This document shows positions 14,121-25,634 of a stretch of 64,000 nt of DNA, in pieces. Location: NCBI RefSeq assembly GCF_024502345.1, contig NZ_JALDNN010000001.1; one strand, 5' to 3'. Below the pieces are notes generated by a model, which ran no database searches, was not told the DNA's origin, and worked only from the letters and a program-made list of their open reading frames with translations. Position 1 is the first letter of the stretch. The number at the start of each line of letters is the position of its first letter. Made by a program: the position numbers and the translations under genes. The DNA comes from Escherichia coli. Its GTDB lineage: Bacteria > Pseudomonadota > Gammaproteobacteria > Enterobacterales > Enterobacteriaceae.

Positions 14121-14196
14121 TGGCTCCTCTGACTGGACTCGAACCAGTGACATACGGATTAACAGTCCGCCGTTCTACCGACTGAACTACAGAGGA
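14121..14196 (-). tRNA. asnT: tRNA-Asn (GUU)
   Basis: Reverse complement reads TCCTCTGTAGTTCAGTCGGTAGAACGGCGGACTGTTAATCCGTATGTCACTGGTTCGAGTCCAGTCAGAGGAGCCA, the canonical E. coli tRNA-Asn. Confidence 0.95.
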
Positions 14197-14296
14197 ATCG
14201 TGTGAACGGGGCGCATATTACTTAGCGGTACCTTGTCTGTCAACACTAAATTTCATAAGTCATTTCAATTGGTTAATTAATCTGCAAAGTTGTTAA

Positions 14297-15094
14297 TTAA
14301 TGAACATTCGTCGCCGAAAACGAGTCTGTATCATTAGTGCGATGCAGTCTCTGCAAAGGATCTTGTTGATAAAATTGGCAGAAACGTTGCCACAATGAAG
14401 GGAAACGAGGAGCAAAAAGTTCTGGGGCGCTAAAGAAATATTCAGAAAGTACGGCAAAACATTCAGCAGGATCACTGGCAGCATAAGCATCAATGCTCGC
14501 CGCATTCTCGCCAACCAATTCGATTTCTTCCTGAATGTTGTTCATTGCAGCATGAAGATCGTGTTCCCAGCCAGCAACCTCACGCAACGGAATAAAGGGA
14601 ACTCCGCTGGCGCGATCGCCGTTACGGGTGTCCAGCTTATGAGCGACTTCATGAATAATCAGGTTAAAACCAGAAGCATCAAAAGAATCTTGTATATCCA
14701 ACCAGTTCAAAACGATAGGCCCTTGCTGCCAGCTCTGACCTGACTGAACAATACGTTGGTTATGCACCAGACCGATATCGTCTTCCCATTCATCATCGAC
14801 CACAAATGGCGCAGGATAAATTAAGACTTCATGAAAACCATCCAGCCATTCCAGTCCTAACTCCAGAACGGGTAGGCAAAATGGAAGTGCTATCCGGCAG
14901 CTTCTTAATGAATCCAGTTCAAAGCCCTGTAAAGGAACAAGCCGCTTTTGCTGTAAAAAACGTTCGGCAAGAGTGACTAATTTGCTTTGTTCCTGTTCCG
15001 TCAGACCCGTTAAAAGGGGGATCGATAGTGCTTCCTGCCAGGGAAGGGCAGTTTGATGTGCTGATTCTTGTACTTTCCAGGGCCACTTAATCAT
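14297..15094 (-). CDS. mtfA: Mlc titration factor A (zinc metallopeptidase-like)
   Basis: Begins [26 protein letters not shown] and carries an HEVAH motif. The supplied ORF has a short upstream extension. Confidence 0.85.
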   Translation of the reverse strand: MIKWPWKVQESAHQTALPWQEALSIPLLTGLTEQEQSKLVTLAERFLQQKRLVPLQGFELDSLRSCRIALPFCLPVLELGLEWLDGFHEVLIYPAPFVVDDEWEDDIGLVHNQRIVQSGQSWQQGPIVLNWLDIQDSFDASGFNLIIHEVAHKLDTRNGDRASGVPFIPLREVAGWEHDLHAAMNNIQEEIELVGENAASIDAYAASDPAECFAVLSEYFFSAPELFAPRFPSLWQRFCQFYQQDPLQRLHRTNDTDSFSATNVH

Positions 15095-15187
15095 CGTTTT
15101 GCTCGCAAACTCGTCACTTGAACAAAATTGCACGGACAGGGACTGTTAAAATGCCAAATTTCCTGGCATCATGGCAACCATCTGAAC

Positions 15188-15277
15188 GGAGAGATGCCGG
15201 AGCGGCTGAACGGACCGGTCTCGAAAACCGGAGTAGGGGCAACTCTACCGGGGGTTCAAATCCCCCTCTCTCCGCCA
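15188..15277 (+). tRNA. serU: tRNA-Ser (CGA)
   Basis: GGAGAGATGCCGGAGCGGCTGAACGGACCGGTCTCGAAAACCGGAGTAGGGGCAACTCTACCGGGGGTTCAAATCCCCCTCTCTCCGCCA: long variable arm with CGA anticodon. Confidence 0.95.
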
Positions 15278-15846
15278 CTTTATCAATGACTTATCTCCCG
15301 ACTTCCCGCCTTGCTTTTCCTAAACAGAACAATCGTAGAATATTCTTGAAGGGTTAGATCGTCACTGTTTTCTGTTCGATACTGTGACATTCAGCACTTG
15401 ATTCGCTATGGATCTGACAGGAAGCTTTCGAGCGAAAATGTGCAGTTATTCAGTCGTTTTCTTATCGCTCACCATTATTCTTTTAGACATTCATCCTATG
15501 AAACTGCCGCAAAGTTGGTGGTGGGAACTGAAGTTGCGTAGAGAAGGGGTCAATAATTGAGTCAAAAAAGGAACGCGGCCGTCAGATTAAAGCCGCGGGA
15601 CAAAGTCCATAATTTCCAAGAGTTGTTGAATTTCCCAGCTTTTTTGAAAGCCTTTGTATCATACTAACAAGTAAAAAAGGTTTAAATACCAAAATTAACC
15701 TGTATTTTTGATAAGTCTTACCATTGTACGATTTACACAGTTTCTGCTCCTCCTTGTTGATAGTGGAAAGGGTGCATTGTGCACTTGCGTAAACATTTAT
15801 GACGCGTTGATGTCCATGGTTCACATTTCCTTGTCAGGGGATCGAC

Positions 15847-16377
15847 TTATTTGCGGCGAGGCATCATTCGTAACAGAGTATTATCTTTCTGAATGTAGTG
15901 ATGAAAGAGTGCTGCGCCAGCGTGAGCTGCGATTAAAAAGTAACCTATATTTGCCCAGGTTTCGTGAATATTTTTTATCAGTGCTTTAATTTCGCTGTTT
16001 GGGGTAACAAAGGGAGACACATTGAAACCAAGGAAACTCCACGATTTTCCACTGTAAGCCATCAAAGCAATCCCCAGCAGAGGAAGTGCAAGGAAGGTTA
16101 TATAAAGCATGATGTGCATTAGCGAAGCCGCTTTCATTTGCCAGGCAGGTGGCGGTGGCACAATAGAAGGATCACTATAACGGTGTTTTATAATCAGGCG
16201 TGAAAACATTAACACCCAAACGAATATACCCGCATTGTAATGTGTTTCTCGCATCAGCAGATAAGTACTACTACCTTTAGGAAACCAGCCACGGAGTTCC
16301 ATCGCGGCATAGGTTATTGCAACGAAAAGCAGCGTTATCCAATGTAAATAAATTTGAGTTTTTGAGAATCGGTTCAT
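15847..16377 (-). CDS. yodB: Cytochrome b561 family membrane protein
   Basis: Begins MNRFSKTQIYLHWITLL; hydrophobic with conserved His residues. Position between serU and zinT matches E. coli. Confidence 0.8.
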   Translation of the reverse strand: MNRFSKTQIYLHWITLLFVAITYAAMELRGWFPKGSSTYLLMRETHYNAGIFVWVLMFSRLIIKHRYSDPSIVPPPPAWQMKAASLMHIMLYITFLALPLLGIALMAYSGKSWSFLGFNVSPFVTPNSEIKALIKNIHETWANIGYFLIAAHAGAALFHHYIQKDNTLLRMMPRRK

Positions 16378-16719
16378 TTTTGTAGCTCCTGTAATTTTTA
16401 CAGTCAAGCTATCCCACGAACCTTAAAAATTCCTTATACAGATGTGGTTTTAAGAATTTGTTATTTAAAAAATTGATAGTGCACATTGTAACCAGCCAAT
16501 ATAAGCAATGGCGTGAGCACAGGTATCTTTCTCTGTTGGCCGTATTGTGTATGGAATCCGTTATTGGTTAACTCAATGCGGGTTAGCTTATTAATATACA
16601 GACACGTCATAGTGATGAGCGTGTCTGTAGCTAGCTTGCGTTCAGTGGCGTTTGTGGATGGACCAGTGGCAGTTATGATGACTTACTAAAGCGGCATCGA
16701 GGCGTTATCATGAGAATAC

Positions 16720-17370
16720 TCAATGAGACATCATTTCCTCGACCACTTCTTCGCTACTCAACTGATATGGATAATACGTTGGCCAGTTTTCCATTTCATT
16801 TAATAAAGATTGCTGTGAATCATTACCCATAAAAATGTGAAAATGAGATGATTTTCGTGGTGCAATTATATGATCGCTAAATTGTATATATTTAGGGGCT
16901 TTGCTTTCAGGATCTTTACATTCGAATAAGTAACGAACGCCTTTCTTGCCTGATTTATAGGTGAGTATTTTGTATCCATCGTAATCATATTTACAGGATG
17001 TTGTTTCATTATTTCTATGGAATTCAACAATGCCGTCCTCAATGCCAATCATCTCGATATCTGTTGCATAACCTTTGTGATAATAATCTTTAATTTCAGC
17101 AAATGTTTTAGTTTTATCTGCATCCGCTTTCTTCTGAAAGACGGGGTCAAGTTTGCCACTTTGCAGTAAAGGATAAACGGATTGCCAGACTCCATCCCAG
17201 TCACTGAGCGTTCGGTTTTGTACATTGGCATCATCAAAAACACCATTAGCAGCTTTTTGTTCGACCTCTGTTAAGGGTTTGCCGTGTGAGTGATGACCAT
17301 GCGAAAAGGCAGGAGCGCTAACAATAAAGACACCTAAAGCAACAGCCAGTTTGTGAAGACGAATCGCCAA
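16720..17370 (-). CDS. zinT: Periplasmic zinc/cadmium-binding protein ZinT
   Basis: Signal peptide followed by the His-rich HGHHSHGKP motif. Likely TTG start giving the 216-aa form; the upstream in-frame ATG at 17391 is an alternative. Confidence 0.85.
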   Translation of the reverse strand: MAIRLHKLAVALGVFIVSAPAFSHGHHSHGKPLTEVEQKAANGVFDDANVQNRTLSDWDGVWQSVYPLLQSGKLDPVFQKKADADKTKTFAEIKDYYHKGYATDIEMIGIEDGIVEFHRNNETTSCKYDYDGYKILTYKSGKKGVRYLFECKDPESKAPKYIQFSDHIIAPRKSSHFHIFMGNDSQQSLLNEMENWPTYYPYQLSSEEVVEEMMSH

Positions 17371-17626
17371 AACAGTTTCCTCCAGAGTCATTGTATATGA
17401 TGTGTAATGTTATATTGTAACATATGGCAAAATGCAACAACTCTTAGGAGATGAGAGCATAGTTTTCTCAGGTGTACTTATCTATCTTATTGAAATAAAA
17501 TGAATTATGTTGATAATTTGAGGTTGATGACAAACGAAACATAACCTGATGTGATCTGCGCAGGCAGGACAGGGCGCTCGCGCCACATCCGGCAGGGATA
17601 ACGCGTACTTTGTCGGCAATATGAAG

Positions 17627-18262
17627 TTATACAGATAATTTGTTGTGAACCTGCTTGCGTAACCGGTTAAAAAGGGAACGCAACTTCTTATACCGTAAGG
17701 CTAAAAGCAGTACAGCCAGCCCAGCGTAGATGAGCGGCTGCGGTGAAATAATCTTCACTGACCACAGATAATGTATTGGGGCCAGGATCGCGACAAGATA
17801 GACGAAATTATGCAACTGTTGCCAGTGCTTGCCGAGTTTTCGCTGCATCGCCTGGGTTGAAGTAAACGCTAAAGCAAGCAAAATAACCCAGCTGATAATT
17901 CCTAACGTTAAATAAGGCCGGGTAATTAACTCCTTGCCTAATAACGCCAGATTATTCACGCCCAGCTCCAGCAATGCGTAACTGGTTAAATGCAGTGTCG
18001 CCCAGGCAAAGCACCATAAGCCTAACAGGCGGCGAGTGCGTATCAATAACGGCTGTTTTGCGTAGCGTGCCAGAGGTGTGATTAACAAGGTCGCCAGCAA
18101 AAATTTCAGTGCAGTGCGACCGGTAAAATGCTGAATATCTTTCACCGGATCGGCACCCAGTCCACCGTGATTGATCGCCCAGACCAGCCAGAGAAACGGC
18201 AACAATCCGGCAAGATGCAGGCTAACTTTCAGCCATGTCACCTGTTTTGCTGTCAGACGCAT
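17627..18262 (-). CDS. msrQ: Methionine sulfoxide reductase haem-binding membrane subunit
   Basis: 211-aa polytopic membrane protein directly downstream of msrP; the stop/start junction is contiguous. Confidence 0.85.
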   Translation of the reverse strand: MRLTAKQVTWLKVSLHLAGLLPFLWLVWAINHGGLGADPVKDIQHFTGRTALKFLLATLLITPLARYAKQPLLIRTRRLLGLWCFAWATLHLTSYALLELGVNNLALLGKELITRPYLTLGIISWVILLALAFTSTQAMQRKLGKHWQQLHNFVYLVAILAPIHYLWSVKIISPQPLIYAGLAVLLLALRYKKLRSLFNRLRKQVHNKLSV

Positions 18263-19273
<1,011 letters not shown>

Positions 19274-19375
19274 TCACACTTTTTTGTCGTTAGCCAGCAA
19301 GAGCCGTTTACTGTTAATCTGTCAGGGAGTGTCCTCCCTAACAGTAGCAGAGATCTGCTTTTACATATTTATGCT

Positions 19376-19789
19376 TTAACTGCCACGATAGGTTGAATAC
19401 CCATATTGGCTAAGTAATAAAGGCACATGATAATGCTCGTTCACTTTATTAATATGAAATTCAACGGGGATCTCAGGGAAGAAACTTTCAAGATTTTGTT
19501 TCTTGAAATAGTCCCCGGTTTTAAATACGACACGGTAATCGCCAGTAGTCGCAGTTTGCTCGGGCCACAGTGCCTTAATTCGTCCATCCTTATCTGTTTT
19601 GGCGGTATTAAGTTGTAACCAGCCGTTATCCGCCTTCTTTTCAAGAGTGACTGTCACGTCAGCAGCGGGTTTTCCGGTTTGCTGGTTCAAAATGTGCACG
19701 CTAAGAATGTTTTGTTGTGCGGCATAAACCAAAGAAGGTAATGAAAATGCTGCCGTTGCTACCGAGAGTACTAAATAACGCTTTAACAT
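19376..19789 (-). CDS. hiuH: 5-hydroxyisourate hydrolase (transthyretin-like periplasmic protein)
   Basis: 137 aa with a signal peptide; the C-terminal YRGS motif is typical of transthyretin-family HIU hydrolases. Confidence 0.85.
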   Translation of the reverse strand: MLKRYLVLSVATAAFSLPSLVYAAQQNILSVHILNQQTGKPAADVTVTLEKKADNGWLQLNTAKTDKDGRIKALWPEQTATTGDYRVVFKTGDYFKKQNLESFFPEIPVEFHINKVNEHYHVPLLLSQYGYSTYRGS

Positions 19790-20006
19790 GTTTATATCCT
19801 TGTCATGTGAATGAGTTTTGAGGATAGCGAAAAAGCGGCCAGGGTAACCTTACAGCAGCATTACAATTTTGTAATGAACCAGGCTGTTTCTATAACATAT
19901 GATTTATGGCATATTATTTTCATGAAGATTTTACTTATTGAAGATAATCAAAGGACCCAGGAGTGGGTAACGCAGGGGCTTTCCGAAGCGGGTTATGTCA
20001 TTGATG

Positions 20007-21063
20007 GGCTTTGTTGAATAAATCGAACTTTTGCTGAGTTGAAGGATCAGATCACGTATCTTCCCGACAACGCAGACCGTTCCGTGGCAAAGCAAAAGTT
20101 CAAAATCACCAACTGGCCCACCTACAATAAAGCCCTCATCAACCGTGGCTCCATAACTTTCTGGCTGGATGATGAAGCTATTCAGGCCTGGTATGAGTCA
20201 GCAACACCTTCTTCACGAGGCAGACCTCAGCGCTATTCTGACCTTGCCATCACGACTGTGCTGGTCATTAAACGCGTATTCAGGCTGACCCTGCGCGCTG
20301 CGCAGGGCTTTATTGATTCCATTTTTTCTCTGATGAACGTTCCGCTACGCTGCCCGGATTACAGCTGTGTCAGCAGGCGGGCAAAGTCGGTTAATGTCAG
20401 TTTCAAAACGCCCACCCGGGGTGAAATCGCACACCTGGTAATTGATTCCACCGGGCTGAAGGTCTTCGGTGAAGGCGAGTGGAAAGTCAAAAAGCATGGC
20501 CAGGAACGCCGCCGTATCTGGCGTAAGCTGCATCTCGCCGTTGACAGTAAAACACATGAAATCATCTGCGCTGACCTGTCGCTGAACAACGTTACGGACT
20601 CAGAGGCCTTCCCCGGGTTAATCCGGCAAACCCACCGGAAAATCAGGTCAGCCGCCGCCGATGGCGCTTACGATACCCGGCTATGTCACGATGAACTGCG
20701 GCGTAAGAAAATCAGCGCGCTTATCCCTCCCCGAAAAGGTGCGGGTTACTGGCCCGGTGAATATGCAGACCGTAACCGTGCAGTGGCTAATCAGCGAATG
20801 ACCGGGAGTAATGCGCGGTGGAAATGGACAACAGATTACAACCGTCGCTCGATAGCGGAAACGGCGATGTACCGGGTAAAACAGCTGTTCGGGGGTTCAC
20901 TGACACTGCGTGACTACGATGGTCAGGTTGCAGAGGCTATGGCCCTGGTACGAGCGCTGAACAAAATGACGAAAGCAGGTATGCCTGAAAGCGTGCGTAT
21001 TGCCTGAAAACACAACCCGCTACGGGGGAGACTTACCCGAAATCTGATTTATTCAACAAAGCC
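20007..21063 (+). mobile_element. IS903-like element (IS5 family, IS903 group), 1057 bp, copy 1
   Basis: Terminal repeats GGCTTTGTTGAATAAATCG at both ends, a 322-aa transposase, and a 9-bp target-site duplication TCATTGATG (19998-20006 and 21064-21072). Confidence 0.9.
20039..21007 (+). CDS. IS903-group DDE transposase
   Basis: 322-aa ORF filling the element. The 5' DNA matches remembered IS903 sequence (GGCTTTGTTGAATAAATCGAACTTTTGCTGAGTTGAAGGATCAGATCACG...). Confidence 0.85.
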   Translation: MKDQITYLPDNADRSVAKQKFKITNWPTYNKALINRGSITFWLDDEAIQAWYESATPSSRGRPQRYSDLAITTVLVIKRVFRLTLRAAQGFIDSIFSLMNVPLRCPDYSCVSRRAKSVNVSFKTPTRGEIAHLVIDSTGLKVFGEGEWKVKKHGQERRRIWRKLHLAVDSKTHEIICADLSLNNVTDSEAFPGLIRQTHRKIRSAAADGAYDTRLCHDELRRKKISALIPPRKGAGYWPGEYADRNRAVANQRMTGSNARWKWTTDYNRRSIAETAMYRVKQLFGGSLTLRDYDGQVAEAMALVRALNKMTKAGMPESVRIA

Positions 21064-21552
21064 TCATTGATGCCGTTTCTGATGGCAGAGATGGGCTTTA
21101 TCTTGCGCTGAAGGATGATTATGCATTGATCATTCTGGATATTATGCTTCCGGGTATGGATGGCTGGCAGATCTTACAAACGTTAAGAACAGCAAAGCAA
21201 ACCCCTGTTATTTGCCTTACTGCAAGGGATTCTGTCGATGACAGAGTCAGAGGGCTGGACAGTGGAGCAAATGATTATCTGGTAAAACCTTTTTCATTTT
21301 CTGAGTTGCTGGCAAGGGTTCGGGCACAATTAAGGCAACATCACGCTTTGAATTCAACATTAGAAATCAGTGGCTTAAGAATGGACTCTGTAAGTCAAAG
21401 TGTGAGCAGGGACAATATCAGTATTACACTGACGCGCAAGGAGTTTCAGTTACTTTGGCTACTGGCCTCCAGAGCTGGCGAAATTATACCCAGAACGGTT
21501 ATTGCGAGTGAAATTTGGGGAATCAACTTTGATAGTGATACCAATACGGTGG

Positions 21553-22609
21553 GGCTTTGTTGAATAAATCAGATTTCGGGTAAGTCTCCCCCGTAGCGGG
21601 TTGTGTTTTCAGGCAATACGCACGCTTTCAGGCATACCTGCTTTCGTCATTTTGTTCAGCGCTCGTACCAGGGCCATAGCCTCTGCAACCTGACCATCGT
21701 AGTCACGCAGTGTCAGTGAACCCCCGAACAGCTGTTTTACCCGGTACATCGCCGTTTCCGCTATCGAGCGACGGTTGTAATCTGTTGTCCATTTCCACCG
21801 CGCATTACTCCCGGTCATTCGCTGATTAGCCACTGCACGGTTACGGTCTGCATATTCACCGGGCCAGTAACCCGCACCTTTTCGGGGAGGGATAAGCGCG
21901 CTGATTTTCTTACGCCGCAGTTCATCGTGACATAGCCGGGTATCGTAAGCGCCATCGGCGGCGGCTGACCTGATTTTCCGGTGGGTTTGCCGGATTAACC
22001 CGGGGAAGGCCTCTGAGTCCGTAACGTTGTTCAGCGACAGGTCAGCGCAGATGATTTCATGTGTTTTACTGTCAACGGCGAGATGCAGCTTACGCCAGAT
22101 ACGGCGGCGTTCCTGGCCATGCTTTTTGACTTTCCACTCGCCTTCACCGAAGACCTTCAGCCCGGTGGAATCAATTACCAGGTGTGCGATTTCACCCCGG
22201 GTGGGCGTTTTGAAACTGACATTAACCGACTTTGCCCGCCTGCTGACACAGCTGTAATCCGGGCAGCGTAGCGGAACGTTCATCAGAGAAAAAATGGAAT
22301 CAATAAAGCCCTGCGCAGCGCGCAGGGTCAGCCTGAATACGCGTTTAATGACCAGCACAGTCGTGATGGCAAGGTCAGAATAGCGCTGAGGTCTGCCTCG
22401 TGAAGAAGGTGTTGCTGACTCATACCAGGCCTGAATAGCTTCATCATCCAGCCAGAAAGTTATGGAGCCACGGTTGATGAGGGCTTTATTGTAGGTGGGC
22501 CAGTTGGTGATTTTGAACTTTTGCTTTGCCACGGAACGGTCTGCGTTGTCGGGAAGATACGTGATCTGATCCTTCAACTCAGCAAAAGTTCGATTTATTC
22601 AACAAAGCC
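21553..22609 (-). mobile_element. IS903-like element, 1057 bp, copy 2 (inverted relative to copy 1)
   Basis: Same inverted repeats; transposase protein identical to copy 1. Own 9-bp target-site duplication ATACGGTGG (21544-21552 and 22610-22618). Confidence 0.9.
21609..22577 (-). CDS. IS903-group DDE transposase
   Basis: Translation identical to the 20039..21007 ORF. Confidence 0.85.
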   Translation of the reverse strand: MKDQITYLPDNADRSVAKQKFKITNWPTYNKALINRGSITFWLDDEAIQAWYESATPSSRGRPQRYSDLAITTVLVIKRVFRLTLRAAQGFIDSIFSLMNVPLRCPDYSCVSRRAKSVNVSFKTPTRGEIAHLVIDSTGLKVFGEGEWKVKKHGQERRRIWRKLHLAVDSKTHEIICADLSLNNVTDSEAFPGLIRQTHRKIRSAAADGAYDTRLCHDELRRKKISALIPPRKGAGYWPGEYADRNRAVANQRMTGSNARWKWTTDYNRRSIAETAMYRVKQLFGGSLTLRDYDGQVAEAMALVRALNKMTKAGMPESVRIA

Positions 22610-22724
22610 ATACGGTGGATGTCGCCATTCGCAGGCTCCGCGCAAAAGTTGATGATCCTTTTCCTGAAAAGCTAATCGCCACAATCCGGGGGATGGGCTA
22701 TTCATTCGTAGCGGTAAAAAAATA

Positions 22725-24083
22725 ATGAAAAGATTATCTATAACCGTCCGTTTAACCTTGCTTTTTATATTGCTGCTGTCTGTTGCTGGCGCTGGAATTG
22801 TCTGGACTCTCTATAATGGCCTGGCAAGTGAGTTGAAATGGCGCGATGATACAACACTCATTAACCGGACAGCACAGATCAAGCAGTTGTTAATTGATGG
22901 GGTAAATCCAGATACGTTACCTGTATACTTTAACCGGATGATGGATGTTAGTCAGGATATCTTGATCATTCATGGTGATAGCATCAATAAAATTGTTAAC
23001 CGGACAAATGTCAGTGATGACATGTTAAATAACATACCTGCTAGTGAGACAATCAGCGCAGCTGGCATTTACAGAAGCATTATTAATGATACTGAGATTG
23101 ATGCTTTACGAATTAATATTGATGAAGTTTCGCCATCATTAACGGTTACTGTGGCTAAATTGGCTTCAGCCAGACATAACATGCTTGAACAGTATAAAAT
23201 TAATAGCATTGTAATTTGCATTGTCGCCATTGTACTTTGCTCAGTATTAAGTCCGCTGTTAATCAGAACGGGATTACGAGAGATCAAAAAGTTGAGTGGT
23301 GTAACGGAAGCGCTGAATTATAACGATAGCCGGGAGCCTGTTGAGGTTAGCGCATTACCGAGAGAACTAAAACCTCTTGGGCAGGCGTTGAATAAAATGC
23401 ATCAAGCCTTAGTCAAAGATTTTGAACGCCTAAGTCAATTTGCTGACGATCTCGCTCATGAACTTAGAACGCCCATTAATGCATTACTGGGTCAGAATCA
23501 GGTTACGCTCAGTCAAACCAGAAGTATCGCTGAATATCAAAAAACAATTGCCGGTAACATTGAAGAGTTGGAAAATATTTCGCGGTTAACAGAGAACATA
23601 CTGTTTCTTGCCCGGGCAGATAAAAACAATGTTTTGGTGAAACTGGACTCGCTTTCTCTCAATAAGGAAGTCGAAAATTTGTTGGATTATCTTGAATATC
23701 TTTCAGACGAGAAAGAGATTTTCTTTAAGGTCGAGTGCAATCAGCAAATCTTTGCGGATAAAATTTTACTGCAACGAATGTTATCGAATCTTATTGTTAA
23801 TGCCATTAGATATTCACCAGAAAAATCGCGTATTCATATAACCAGTTTTCTTGATACCAACGGCTATCTTAATATTGATATCGCCAGTCCTGGAACGAAA
23901 ATACATGAGCCTGAAAAACTCTTCCGTAGATTTTGGCGGGGAGATAATTCGCGTCATTCCGTAGGTCAGGGACTTGGTCTTTCTTTAGTCAAAGCGATTG
24001 CCGAATTGCATGGGGGAAGTGCTTCATATCACTATCTCAATAAGCATAATGTGTTCCGAATTACGTTACCGCAAAGAAATTAA
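22725..24083 (+). CDS. hprS: Sensor histidine kinase HprS (YedV)
   Basis: Two transmembrane segments, an H-box (ELRTPINALLG) and an ATPase G-box (GQGLGLSLVKAIAELHGG). Its ATG follows the hprR stop directly. Confidence 0.85.
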   Translation: MKRLSITVRLTLLFILLLSVAGAGIVWTLYNGLASELKWRDDTTLINRTAQIKQLLIDGVNPDTLPVYFNRMMDVSQDILIIHGDSINKIVNRTNVSDDMLNNIPASETISAAGIYRSIINDTEIDALRINIDEVSPSLTVTVAKLASARHNMLEQYKINSIVICIVAIVLCSVLSPLLIRTGLREIKKLSGVTEALNYNDSREPVEVSALPRELKPLGQALNKMHQALVKDFERLSQFADDLAHELRTPINALLGQNQVTLSQTRSIAEYQKTIAGNIEELENISRLTENILFLARADKNNVLVKLDSLSLNKEVENLLDYLEYLSDEKEIFFKVECNQQIFADKILLQRMLSNLIVNAIRYSPEKSRIHITSFLDTNGYLNIDIASPGTKIHEPEKLFRRFWRGDNSRHSVGQGLGLSLVKAIAELHGGSASYHYLNKHNVFRITLPQRN

Positions 24084-24120
24084 CATAGGGCTTCAGTACG
24101 CCATAAATTAACCGTGAAAA

Positions 24121-24157
24121 AACGCAGCCACGTCGTGAGTACTAACGCGGCTGCGAT
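24121..24157. terminator. Bidirectional intrinsic terminator between hprS and hchA
   Basis: GC-rich hairpin CGCAGCC...GGCTGCG with an A-tract on one side and a T-rich tract on the other, lying between convergent genes. Confidence 0.5.
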
Positions 24158-24190
24158 TAATTATGCGCTTACATTCAAACGTAACAGGGA

Positions 24191-25042
24191 TTAACCCGCG
24201 TAAGCTGCCAGCATTTCCTGCGCCGCCAGTTTACCCAACGCATTCGCTGCGAAAGGACTGTCGCCGGTGAGAAGTTTACGGTCCTTATGTACTCGCCCGG
24301 TGATGTCGTCATTAATGATGTTCATGCCCATTTTCTTCAGCTCTTCGCCGAAGTACCAGGTGAGATGACCTGGCATATAGCCAATATCTGGCGTTTGTTT
24401 GTCTGCGGCGTCTGGGAATGCGCAAATGGAATAACCATTCAGTGGGTTATCGCCGTGGCGAAGCGCCAGAAAAGCCGCCGGGCCGTGGCAAAGGGAGATA
24501 ACAAAACGGTCATTTTTGATTGCCCACTGTAAAGCGGCAGCTACGTCCTGGCTTTCAGGTAAACCAATAAGTGCGCCATGACCACCAGGAACAAAGATTG
24601 CTGCATATTCGCTATCAGCGTTGAGGCTGGCGACAACATCCGCGAGTTTCTTCGGATTGCGGAACAACGATTTATGCTGCTCAAAGAATGGCATTACTTT
24701 TTCATCTTTGTGCGGCATAGCCCAGTATTCAAACTTGGTCATCAGACCGGAAATGGTCGCCACTTCGAATTCGAAACCTGCAGCATGGAGATGATACAAC
24801 GGCAGCAACGTTTCAATCGGATGGTTACCGGTCGAGAACAGTTTTCCGTTATCGGTTGGCAAATAACGTTCGTCCGCGGCGATCACCAGAATTTTATGCT
24901 TACCGCGATACGGTTTTGGATAGTCCACGCCATCAAGATCAGAGACGGGACTGGTATATTGGCTAAGCGAATATTCTGAAGGGAAGAACGCATTATCTTC
25001 AGCAATATCGACCTGCGGATTTTTACTTGTTTGAACAGTCAT
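24191..25042 (-). CDS. hchA: Hsp31 glyoxalase III / protein deglycase (DJ-1/PfpI family)
   Basis: 283 aa beginning MTVQTSKNPQVDIAEDNAFFPSEYSLSQYTSPVSDLDGVDYPKPYRGKHKILVIAADERY, matching remembered HchA. Confidence 0.9.
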   Translation of the reverse strand: MTVQTSKNPQVDIAEDNAFFPSEYSLSQYTSPVSDLDGVDYPKPYRGKHKILVIAADERYLPTDNGKLFSTGNHPIETLLPLYHLHAAGFEFEVATISGLMTKFEYWAMPHKDEKVMPFFEQHKSLFRNPKKLADVVASLNADSEYAAIFVPGGHGALIGLPESQDVAAALQWAIKNDRFVISLCHGPAAFLALRHGDNPLNGYSICAFPDAADKQTPDIGYMPGHLTWYFGEELKKMGMNIINDDITGRVHKDRKLLTGDSPFAANALGKLAAQEMLAAYAG

Positions 25043-25552
25043 AGTGTATTCCTTATTGTTGCTTAGTTAGGGTAGTCACTATATTTGCGACTGAGCTGGT
25101 CGCTATTTTTAACCAGGCTGGAAAATTGAGTCAATATATCGAAAGCGGTAGTCGGCGGGTGTAAGTATGTAATGATGATGCTGCACTGGTGTTGAATATT
25201 ATTCACGCCAAATTTTCCTTATTGAGCAACGTCGTCGCAAGTGGCCTCAATGATTTTAGACCATTATCAGAGATGCGGGGCGGTGGGGAGAGATTTAGTG
25301 ATGTGGAATATTGTGGTGCTGATGAATATTTATATCGCGGATTGGTAGAGAAAAAGGTTATTTCATGCACTATTTTTGCAAAGATTTCTATTTGGGAAGC
25401 GTGTTTGTTACGGGGTAATTCATCAGAATGTGCATTTGGGGTGTTGGCTGGAAGAGTCGCTGGTAGATGTTATTGTGGCAGGAGGGGCAGGGTAAGGTGC
25501 TGTATCGATATGCTTTGGCAATTGCGTGTGCCGCAGATGGAGATGAAATGCC

Positions 25553-25592
25553 AATAAAAAAGCCTGAGTTCGATGAGGGACGAACTCAGGCT
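25553..25592 (-). terminator. Rho-independent terminator downstream of the porin gene
   Basis: Hairpin AGCCTGAGTTCG...CGAACTCAGGCT followed by a T-run on the minus strand, immediately 3' of the porin stop. Confidence 0.6.
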
Positions 25593-25634
25593 AGTGTTAT
25601 GTTTTACAGTAACACGCCGCGGCGCGTTGGCTGA

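Larger units (their letters stand above)
19921..22724 (+). pseudogene. hprR: hprR (yedW) response regulator, split into three pieces by two IS903-like insertions
   Basis: N-terminal MKILLIEDNQRTQEWVTQGLSEAGYVID (19921-20006); middle AVSDGRDGLYLALKDDYALIILDIMLPGMDGW...DSDTNTV (21064-21552); C-terminal [35 protein letters not shown] (22610-22724). Joined together these reconstitute an OmpR-family regulator. Confidence 0.9.

Noticed and set aside
20007-22609. The two IS903-like copies plus the 489-bp hprR segment between them as a composite transposon
   Set aside because: Each copy has its own distinct 9-bp target-site duplication and the bracketed DNA is simply the contiguous middle of hprR, so these are two independent insertions into the same gene.
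25189-25557. 122-aa ORF between hchA and the porin gene
   Set aside because: No recognisable domain, Cys/Gly/Arg-rich low-complexity translation, no convincing ribosome-binding site, and it overlaps the porin terminator. Most likely non-coding intergenic sequence or a remnant.
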